A stretch of DNA of 20,000 nucleotides from Catajapyx aquilonaris. Taxonomy: Eukaryota. Made by a program: the position numbers and the translations under genes. The notes beneath the pieces are model-generated. The model was not told where the DNA came from. It did no database searches and saw only the letters and a list, made by a program, of their open reading frames with translations. Each line of letters opens with the position of its first letter. Within the stretch, counting starts at the first letter, position 1. Location: positions 112,644 to 132,643 of the forward strand of contig KZ538817.1 in NCBI GenBank assembly GCA_000934665.2, given 5' to 3'. Below are positions 1 to 9,095 of this stretch, in pieces.

Positions 1-1632
1 AGGATTCGGATCTGAAAGGTACGCGGATTTGAACAGTTTTTTGGCGGTTTTTCCGCGCGGGGTTGGCAACGCAGACGCAGCACGAGGCTAATCTGGCGGG
101 CATATCAATCCGAAGAGTGGACCATGCAAGTCAATCCTGTTTGTCGCCTGATATTGTTTTGACGTATCGAATGAGAATGTTGCGGTTATGTGGTGTCTCA
201 ATATTAAGGCTATTTATAGTGCGGTGATGACTGGAGGCTGCGCTGAAATAGGTTACTTGAGATTAGTAGTGTAATCCACTCTGAGAGCCTGATTAGCGGG
301 TGGTAAGGATAACGTGGATCTCGAGTGAGATTAAATGCGCAGTGGTATATTCTGCTAGCTTTCGTGGTGCATATAGATGCAACTTGCGATAAATATTCCG
401 ATTTTTCCGCTGTCATTACATCGTGCGTCACTTACGAGACATTGGAAGGCACGCAGTTACATTGATTTGTTTTAATATTCACGTTTCACCTACAAGTGAC
501 CCTATAAGTACGGGTGGTGAGAAATGTGCGCACTTGTCGGACCTAGGCTCCGTGACATATACTGAGACGCAATTAGCCTGTAGGCCTAGTTGATTTTGTC
601 GATCTCTAATTCATTATGTAGCTAGTGGCACACACGTACGCAATGGGGGTCATTATGCGAAACCTCAGTTGCTGTTGATTTTTACACCCATATTTATTTG
701 AAGCTACAAGATACGAATTGCAACATGAAACTACTCCGGTGCAAATGCCAATTGATAGCAAAATTTGTAAGCCAATATTACATCAACTTGATTGTGCTTG
801 CATCCCCTATAATCATCAAATCCGGAAAATCCAAACCGTAGAAATCCATCCTCGACACTCGTCTCTCCTTCTCCAAATCGATCACCTTCGACATCGACCT
901 GCTGCGGCTGCATCGGTCCTTCCCAATTTCTGGAACAAATGAGCCCTCGCGCAATTGCCGGGTCGGGAAAGCTCAGTGATTTGTTCCGGGTTTGGGATGT
1001 CGCCGGTGGCGTTAATTCTTGGTTAGGCAAGAGTCGACATTGACACTCGGCAGCAGCGACGGTTGGGAGAGAGAAGCAAGGACCCCGTGGGCCATCAGGT
1101 CCTCCCTCCCCTTTCACGTGCACCCAGTGATGTTTGCCAATTAACGCGCCTCGTGTCCTGTCCGTACTCCCCGGCCCCGCATTGATTTAAGAGCAGAGCG
1201 AAGGGTGCACGACAGGAAGATGTATAATTTATGTTGGGCAAACCGCAGGTCGACGCGCTGACGTCGACGAATAATTGGGAATGAAAAGCTGCGTGAACGT
1301 CGTCGCCCCCGTGTTCGGCAGCCCACCGTCCTTTTTTGCCACCGGTACGAAAGGTTGAAATGTTCGCCGGACAGGCTTCATGTGGATTATTTAGGAACAC
1401 CCCTGAGCCCAAACTCGCCAGAGATTTTACAAATGTAATCGCGGTGGGATGCTAAGTGTTCCGAATTAGCTATCAATCCGTGCCTACCCTTTTCCCCCTC
1501 GGTACCATCCAAATCGATGGGCATGCCCGACAGGGTGCTTAGGACCTACTCAAATTTGGGACAGCCTCTGGATTTTTCATCAACAATAGCCAGTATGCAG
1601 GTGAAGTCAACCTGTTTTCTTGTTTTTTTCAG

Positions 1633-1850
1633 CCCTGGGCACGGAAGCGGCGTCCTCGTGGCGTTCGGAGACTCCGGAGGACCAGACGTCATTGTCCCCG
1701 GGCAGCTCCTGTGCCACTCCCAACAGTACCACCGATGCCCCCGAGGCTGAGCTCAGCTTCACCATCGGGGTCACCGAGGCCACACCTTACGCATGCCAAT
1801 TCTGCGACAAGGCCTTCCCCCGACTCTCCTACCTCAAGAAGCACGAGCAG
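1633..1850 (+). CDS. ZNF423: Oaz/ZNF423 first visible coding exon
   Basis: tttttttcag acceptor (phase 1); (A)[14 protein letters not shown]...[21 protein letters not shown]; donor gtgaga at 1851. Confidence 0.88.
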
Positions 1851-4800
1851 GTGAGAGAGCCCTTGAACAAACTGGCAAAAAAAATATATAGGTCAAAAAT
1901 TTGTTCCTCTCTTGGTTCTTATTGGGAGGAAGAATCTCTTACTCGAGGCGTGGATCTGAATGGCCGGACGGATTTACATAATAGAAGCGCTGTCGTGCGG
2001 ATTCACGATGCTGGGCGATGATATCACGTCATTCCGGGAAGAGTTTGTTATTCAGGGGAGTTGCAAGGGCAGTCTTAAGTAGGTGCTGATAAATGGGGGG
2101 GGCTCGACAGGAATAATATTTCCAGAGTACATTGCGCACACGATGTATGTGTTCTAATACTGGACGTCAGTACCGCAGATAAACAGCTTAGGGTATATTT
2201 AAGGTCTATTTTGACATCATGGCTAATCCGTATCGAACGATCTTTTCTTCGCAGACCCACAGTGACCAAATGCCCTTCAAGTGCGACTTTTGCAACCGTT
2301 TGTTCAAGCATAAGCGGAGTAGAGACCGGCACCTGAAACTTCACACCGGGGACAAAAAGTACCGGTGTCCTCACTGCGAGTCGGCATTCTCCAGGAGGTA
2401 GGCGTTGTCGATATCGATCTATCAGAAAATGCTCGAATTGGTTTCGAGGTACAAACTTCTGATATTTTGCAGCGACCACCTGAAGATTCACATGAAAACG
2501 CACGACAACCAGAAACCCTTCCAATGCACTGTTTGCAATCGGGGCTACAACACCGCTGCGGCCCTCACGTCGCACATGCAGAACCACAAGAAAGAGTCCA
2601 GCACTCCAAGCCCAGGACCCTTCAGGTGTCTGCAGTGCACCGCCACGTTCGGAACCGCCGAAGAGTTGCAGGTACGCACGGTATTAAGATGCTGTTGTCA
2701 CCGAGGGGATGGCCGGTCTTGTCACTGTGCCCGTGATGCTTTATAGTCGCACATCCAGATACATCGAGATGGTAGTCCTGCTGCTTCACCGCACAAGTGC
2801 GAGAAGGTACCTACACCGTCGCCTCACCACCAAATCCGAGACCTGCTGCCTTTCCCCACGCCGAAGCTGGCGTGCATATACTGCACCAAGGACAGCTTCA
2901 CCACCATGGAAGCCCTCCAACTACACGTGCAGGCCATGCACGGTAAGCTCACCATACGGAGCAGGTCAGAGCAGATTGGGAACTAGTCTTTCGTTTCAGG
3001 TCCGCTTCTAAATGGCGACTTCAGCGAGTTCGCTCGGTGCCACATGACCGGCAGCCCGCTGATGTCTCCGTCCCCAGGACTATGCCCCTCCCTGGGCAGC
3101 CTGGGGCTGGGGCTGTTGGGCCCAGGGTCGGGCGGGAGCAGCAGCGCGGGTGGGGCAAACCTGCCCTTCTCCTGCGACTTCTGCACCATGAAATTCGGTA
3201 GCCTCCAGCTCCTCCAAAAGCACACGCTCACCGTGCACAGCCTGACCAGCCTGATCGCCAAGTCCAAAGAGAACGTCTTCTGCGCCCAGTGCGCCTTGGC
3301 CTTCCCCAGCGCCACCGCCTTCGCCGAGCACTTCCTTCTGTTCCACGGCAACAACAAGGGCGCCCAGGGGCTGCCCCCTCCGCCCCAGCTCAAGCCCACT
3401 GATCTCAGCAAGAAGAGCACCAAGTCCGAGAGCCCCGACAGCTCCTCGGGAGGACCGCCCAGCAAGAAGAGCAAGTCGGACGGCGGGGCTGCTGCTGCCG
3501 CCAGGGAGTCCGGGTCGGCCTCCACCAGCGGTACGGCCACCCCTCTCCTGCCGCCCCTGCCTCCGCCCCTGGGCGGGTTCGGGCAGTACCAGCACCCTGG
3601 CACCCTGCTGTGCAACCAGTGCAACGCGGCCTTTCCGGACTTTGAGTCGTTTCGTACCCATCTGAAGACCCATTTGGACGAGGTGGTGCACAAGTACGTG
3701 TGCAGCGAGTGCCGAGGGGAGTTCTCGTCTGAAGAGCAGCTGGACTCGCACGTGGTCACCCATTACTTGGCCACGGCCACCGAGTACGGGTGCCAGTGCT
3801 GCCTGAAGCTGTTCGGCAAGCCGGACGAGCTGCAGAAGCATCTGATGGACATCCATGCGCATCACTTGTACCGGTGCTCCCTCTGCAAGGAGATGTTCGA
3901 CTCCAAGGTTTCCATACAGGTCAGTGCGATGTTTTCGCAATTTTGTGGCTCTTACGACTACTTGGGGGGGTTGCATTTGGGTTGCCAAGATCGCCGGTAT
4001 TTATTTTTGAACTGTGTCAGTGGCCTATTGTAAGTTATATAGAGTACGTTGCTGGCCAGATATATCCGGAAAGTAAACTAGGCAATAGCAATAAAGGCTG
4101 GAATTTGAAAAATTGAAGATGGAATGTACTGAATTTTATCATGTCGCGACCGCAACCTGAAAAATCACACGAGTGATGGGTAGGCTACATGCCAGGTTCA
4201 CACATGTAACAATGAGGTGGGGTTAAATGTGACGGAATACTTACTTCAGTCACTCATGCGCAGTCCCAATGGTAGATCCATGTCTGTACGCGGAAGTCAA
4301 GTGCGCATGAGTGACTGGAGCGAGTAATAGGTCATATTCTACCCCCGTCCCATTGTTGGATCTTTCTCCTGTGTATAGAGAACCATACAGAAACTTTTCA
4401 TCGAACAGTATTAATATCTAGTCACCGATGCATTTACTGGCACCGTGGCACATAAGAAAATTTTAATAATGACATGTGATTACGTAATGTAGCAGACATG
4501 TACAGTGAAACCGTCACCGATTTTGGCAATGAAATGTAATGGATTAATGCGAGTACAATCTCAGCCGGCGGAAAGTAATGGTCGTAGTTTTCAATTGGCA
4601 GTAGAATACCATTCAGCACATCATCTTTATGTAGGCTATACTGTCGATTGGAGAGGGAAATAATTATTGGGAAACAATCAATAGAGCCAGTCTTTTTTTC
4701 GCTGTTTCTTCAAACCCCACCATCATCTTTATCGGCAATTAATGCCACATGCGATGGTTTTCTGACAGAAACAGTAGCGTGCCATACTTTCCGACATATT

Positions 4801-7492
4801 GCGCTTCGAGCGAATGATGAAGTCCTTATTGGGCATAATGCAATTTGTCCGAAACACTCCCATCATGTTTCAGAATCATTGGTACAATCGTTTCGCTCCA
4901 TATTCCAATATCAGTCAGATCAGTATATCAGTGTTGTAGAACCAGAGTGCACATTTGTCCATATCTCACGTGCAGGTCCACTTCGCTGTGAAGCACAGCA
5001 ACGAGTGCCGGCTGTTCAAATGCACCGCGTGCAGTTCAGTCTTCCGGTCGGAGATGGAGTTCCAGCTCCACGTGAAGGTGGCCCACCTCCGAAAAGCCCA
5101 GCCCTTCCGCTGCCTCCTGTGCAACGCCAGCTTCGGTGCCGAAATGGAGCTCCAGTACCACCTGACCACGCACCAGAAGCAGTTCCAGTGCGCCCTTTGC
5201 GACGACGCCTTCCACGTGGAGTTCCTCCTGGACAAGCACATGCAGAGCAGGCACAGCGGAGGAAACGCAGACCAGGACCAGGTCTCGTCCGATCCGGAGA
5301 ACCTGTCCGTCACCGCCGCCAGCACCAGCACCAGCACCAGCTCTGTCGGAAGCCCCTCCAAAAGCGGGAAGACGCGGAACGGCGGGGCAGGCGGCGGCGG
5401 CGGGGTGGCTTCCACTAGCGCCGGCGCCTCTACCAACGGGGCTCCGGCGTCTTCCGGTGGTTCCAGGAAGGACCCAAAGTGCGACATTTGCGACCGGATA
5501 TTCGGGTCCGACTCGGAGTTGGCCTCGCATCGGAAGCAAATGCACAACATCAAGGGCGGAGGAGGCGGTGGGTCCAGCCAGAAGAGCCCTCCTGCACTGA
5601 GTCTGCACTGCGCTTACTGCAACGAGAACTGCAAGTCCAGAACCGAGCTGGAGAACCACATGAAGACCCACCAGTCTGGTACTGGGAAGCACAAGTGCAA
5701 CATTTGCGACGAGGTCTGCCCCACTGCCACCATCCTGGCTGAACATAAGCTGACTCACTGCAAGGTAAATTTGATTGAAACACTGAGGGGGTTGTCATGG
5801 GTTTACACGGGCGTCGTTGTTGTTGGGATCCACCAATCAGCAAAAATGCCACATCTGCGATGCAGATACGGCATTTTTCCAATGGAGCAGACTGTGGATC
5901 CCAGCCTCAGCTAAAGCTTGATTCGTGGTTTTATTTGCTTGGAATCGGGTCTGATTTTTACTCCTGCTCAGGATCTGTACAATCCGGATCGGTACCAATT
6001 TCCCGGAGGCTGCACTGCCTTTCCGTTGATGCTGGAGGGTTGCAGACCTACCAGGGGCACCCGAAAGCGTAGAGCTGCAACCCGCAAGCATCAACTGACG
6101 CCAGAGCAGCTGGTACGTAAGTGTCCTTTTAGGTCTCTGGGGATTGTCGGAAACCTGGGTAGGCTGTCCGTTTGTGTCCCACTTACTCGCTGCACAGTCA
6201 CTTTTTGCTAAAACTGGAATTGGCACTTGAACTCACAACTGTAATTACGTGAAAAATGACTGTGCATATTCATGGGTGTTGACCTCCGTGTCCGCTCGCA
6301 CATTGACACTGTATCCTCCGACTTTCAGGTTATCTCTGGGAGTACATGTACGGCCTGCAAGCAATCCCTCAAGAGTGAGGACCAGTTCTACACCCACCTG
6401 CACCAGCACGGCAGCAGCAGTACCTCCAGCAGCAACACCACGCCTGGAGGCCTTCCCCTCCCGTGCGTGGTATGCCGCCAGACCCTGATGTCCGAAGTGG
6501 AGGTCCGTATGCACGCCAAGTTTCACACCAAGAACGCCGCCGAAGAGCGACACTCCCAACAGCCGACGTACCCTTGCTGCGTGTGCCTGAAGCAGACCGA
6601 GGGCCAAAACCTGATCCAGAATGGGATGCCCAACAGCTTCGTCTGCAAGGAGTGCTTCCATCCTCCTGTGGCCACCACTCCAGAGGAGAAGCTGCTGAGG
6701 TGCCAGGACTGCGCCGTCAAGTTCGAGACCGTCGCGGAGCTGGAGCGTCACCTTCTCTTGCACAAGAAGACCTACACCTGCATCAAATGCCAGAGAAGCT
6801 TCGAGACGGAGGTGGAGATACAGATGCACGTGGCCACTCACTTGCTGACCGAAGGGAGCAACCACGAGTGCCGTCTCTGCCGACAGTTGCTGGACACTCC
6901 TCTGAAGCTGCAGTGCCACCTGATTGAGCACACGTTCGAGGGCTGTACCGGATTCGCGTGCTACCTGTGCAGCGCTGTCTTCACCGCGGCCGCAGCCTTG
7001 CAGCAGCACATGTTGGAGCACGGGCTGGCTGCCAGACCTTACGACTGCTCTAGGTGTCGATTAAAGTTTTTCTTCAGGGCTGAACTTGAGAACCACGTGT
7101 TGGGCCACGGAGATATGTCCGGAGTAGGGGTAAAGTGTGGGGTGTGTTCTGACGTGTTTCCTACGTCTGCTGAGATGCAGCAGCATTGTTTCCGGACGCA
7201 TTCGGCATCGGAACTGAACGGAGCAGGTGCTGAGGAGGAGTTTGCGTGTCCTGGTTGCAACCGGAGATTCCAGCACAAGGAGCAGCGCAAGGCTCACATG
7301 AAGTCTCATAGGGCATGTGGCAAGGCGTTCCGGCGACGGAGGAGGGCTCAGAACAAGGTGGCGGGTGACAGCGATGGTGTTGCGAGTGCTGTCGAAGACG
7401 AAGAGGATGGCGAAGCAGCCAAAGACAATTCGCCGTCTCCTGAAGTCAACGGCAAACAAGAGCGGGAAGTCAAACAGGAGGAGGAGACGTGA
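1633..7492 (+). CDS. ZNF423: ZNF423/ZNF521 (Oaz/Roaz) family multi-C2H2 zinc-finger transcription factor, spliced, 5'-partial; join(1633..1850,2255..2397,2473..2671,2747..2942,3000..3919,4976..5764,6329..7492)
   Basis: Spliced translation [80 protein letters not shown] closely resembles the ZNF423/521 N-terminal fingers. [42 protein letters not shown] and [19 protein letters not shown] are also family-typical. All six introns are GT-AG with matching phases; TGA at 7490-7492. No start exon was identified in the window. Confidence 0.95.
2255..2397 (+). CDS. ZNF423: Oaz/ZNF423 exon
   Basis: ttcgcag acceptor; [47 protein letters not shown]; donor gtaggc, phase 2. Confidence 0.93.
2473..2671 (+). 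CDS. ZNF423: Oaz/ZNF423 exon
   Basis: ttttgcag acceptor; (S)[21 protein letters not shown]...FGTAEELQ; donor gtacgc. Confidence 0.92.
2747..2942 (+). CDS. ZNF423: Oaz/ZNF423 exon (absent from the ORF track in this frame)
   Basis: tttatag acceptor; SHIQIH completes the preceding finger, then ...[25 protein letters not shown]; donor gtaagc, phase 1. Confidence 0.9.
3000..3919 (+). CDS. ZNF423: Oaz/ZNF423 exon
   Basis: tttcag acceptor after a 57-bp intron; five complete C2H2 fingers plus the start of a sixth, ending [17 protein letters not shown]; donor gtcagt. Confidence 0.93.
4208..4357. repeat. Diverged ~150-bp inverted repeat (old MITE-like) in an Oaz intron
   Basis: Perfect 16-bp core CAGTCACTCATGCGCA (4247-4262) pairs with 4302-4317; imperfect pairing extends to AACAATG (4208) and CATTGTT (4357). 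Confidence 0.65.
4976..5764 (+). CDS. ZNF423: Oaz/ZNF423 exon
   Basis: tgcag acceptor; [10 protein letters not shown]...AEHKLTHCK; donor gtaaat. Confidence 0.94.
5824..5903. repeat. Imperfect hairpin in an Oaz intron
   Basis: TGGGATCCAC/GTGGATCCCA outer stem; inner AAAAATGCC-AC-ATCTGC-GAT-GCAGAT-AC-GGCATTTTT (5842-5878). Confidence 0.55.
6329..7492 (+). CDS. ZNF423: Oaz/ZNF423 last coding exon
   Basis: tttcag acceptor; [10 protein letters not shown]... with the C-terminal finger cluster, two extra fingers and an acidic tail; TGA 7490-7492. Confidence 0.93.
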   Translation, partial: VISGSTCTACKQSLKSEDQFYTHLHQHGSSSTSSSNTTPGGLPLPCVVCRQTLMSEVEVRMHAKFHTKNAAEERHSQQPTYPCCVCLKQTEGQNLIQNGMPNSFVCKECFHPPVATTPEEKLLRCQDCAVKFETVAELERHLLLHKKTYTCIKCQRSFETEVEIQMHVATHLLTEGSNHECRLCRQLLDTPLKLQCHLIEHTFEGCTGFACYLCSAVFTAAAALQQHMLEHGLAARPYDCSRCRLKFFFRAELENHVLGHGDMSGVGVKCGVCSDVFPTSAEMQQHCFRTHSASELNGAGAEEEFACPGCNRRFQHKEQRKAHMKSHRACGKAFRRRRRAQNKVAGDSDGVASAVEDEEDGEAAKDNSPSPEVNGKQEREVKQEEET

Positions 7493-7845
7493 ATGTGTAC
7501 ATAACATCCCCAACCCTACCCACACACACTTATAAATGGCTCAATCGTGTTCAGTAGAATCTGTTTTGGGAATGTACTTATGGAAAATTATACACTGCAG
7601 CAGGTCCTCCTTATTTCTCTCTCAATTTGAACTGCGAATATTTTGGGGACCAAAATTTGTACATAATGAGTAGGAGGTACAGTACATGACGGTGCTCTTG
7701 TTTTTTTGTTTAAGTTTTTTTAGGATAGTACAAAAAATGTTGCTAGTTGCTCATGTGGTGAGGTGATTTCCGAATTGAATTTCCAAGTCTAAAAAAAATA
7801 TTATATTAGCCTTCCTCCCCACACACACCCTCTCTCTGCAACTGT

Positions 7846-7851
7846 AATAAA
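7846..7851 (+). terminator. Candidate polyadenylation signal AATAAA of Oaz (alternative at 8521-8526)
   Basis: AATAAA about 350 nt after the stop codon in AT-rich sequence; usage unverified. Confidence 0.4.
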
Positions 7852-8710
7852 TAATAATTATAATAATTATTATGTAAAAGGAGTAGGGTAGTTTTGAGTT
7901 TATGCTGTAGATATGTCACAAGAAGCTGATTTGTATACGTCAAAAAATAAGCAATACCTGCATTATTGTAAAGTAAGAAAAAATGAAAGAAAAAAACAAA
8001 AAAAAACATTCCAATCAGCTGTTGGAGGTGTTGGTTCCTATATGTTTACAAAAAGTAATGAGTAAAGATCGTTGGAAAACATGTCCGCATTTTTCTGCTG
8101 AAATATTTCCTTTCAGTCCCTGCGTCGTCCACCCGGATATTTTCCCTTTTGGCATATTCATTTCATTTGCAACAGGCATTTTGCATCAGAGTAATTATTG
8201 ACTTATAATCGGTAGCAATTATTGTTTCAAGAAATTTGCTATCCAACAACAAATTATTAGAAAATATACCATATTAGAAGAGTCTTATTACATGGGTTTT
8301 CGGAACCAGTAGCTACCTTACGTTTGAGAAGGCACTTGTTTACGACTCAAAGCTAAACATAGCAATGTTCTAGCTCTAAGTCAATATTTGAACTGCAATA
8401 CAACAAGGTAAGGTTGCTTTAAAAGACACACCATCGCATGTTTCCGTCATCTAGAAGCCTACCCCCAAGGCGTTAGATGACTTGAACCGAACACATTCTA
8501 GCAGTTCGTACAGTACACCTAATAAAGCTGCCTACAATGTTAAAGCAACATTAGATCACGTCTGTTGCTAAAAGTATACAGGTGGCCGCACTGTCCAAGT
8601 CCCTTGGGGAGAAAAGTCATGTGCACCCCAACAATCAGTTATTTTTTAAACATATACATTTCCTAGCTAATAATGCTTTTGAACTGCATTAGAACGACAT
8701 AGTCCTCTGT

Positions 8711-8810
8711 TCAAAATGGGCGCGTGGAATGGTCCTGCGGCAACCCTGCTTTTCCCTCCCCGATCCTCCCCCTCCCGCCGACTCCCTCCCCCTCCACCTA
8801 AGATGGCGGC
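8711..8810 (+). promoter_or_regulatory. Putative HEATR3 proximal promoter/5'UTR with YY1 (Pho) motif AAGATGGCGGC at 8800-8810
   Basis: Exact YY1 consensus plus CAAAATGG near 8712, in a C-rich, CpG-rich stretch about 120-215 nt upstream of the ATG; typical of housekeeping promoters. Confidence 0.55.
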
Positions 8811-8927
8811 CTCCTGAGCCAGACCACGCTGAAGCTACGTCTCTCTGTCGTCCCCGTGCGGTTCGTGCAGGCCGCCGATCGTTGACCGCGACTGGGAGGA
8901 GGGATCCCCTTGACGTGGTGGTGGGCC

Positions 8928-9095
8928 ATGGGAAAGGTGAGGCCGCAGAGGAGGAGGTTCAGGGGAGCGTCGTCGGACCCCATGGGCCTCGGAGGGAGAG
9001 GAAGAGACGACGGGGAGGAGGAGATGATGATGGAGACTGGGAGGAGGAGAGGCCCTGCCACACCAGGGGACACGGTGCAGGCCGTGCTGGACCAG
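8928..9095 (+). CDS. HEATR3: HEATR3 exon 1
   Basis: gccATGg; MGKVRPQRRRFRGASSDPMGL...VQAVLDQ; donor gtgaat, phase 0. Confidence 0.85.

Noticed and set aside
1..70. Possible MITE terminus (GGTTGGCAAC at 61-70; similar GGGTTGCCA near 3979)
   Set aside because: No partner TIR or TSD is demonstrable within the window.
1120..1538. GCACCC/GGGTGC ZNF423 half-sites as autoregulatory elements (1120, 1203, 1533)
   Set aside because: No full palindrome; the roughly ten half-sites seen in the window match chance expectation for a 6-mer on two strands.
1517..1600. ATGs at 1517 and near 1595 as the Oaz start exon
   Set aside because: Nearby GT donors are weak or phase 0, while the 1633 acceptor needs phase 1; one option would give only a 32-bp intron.
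2983..7021. Long antisense and alternate-frame ORFs over Oaz exons (e.g. 3080..3988 -, 5036..5758 -, 6245..7021 -, 4648..5418 +)
   Set aside because: Shadow ORFs expected from GC3-rich codon usage; they track the exon boundaries and show no recognisable domains.
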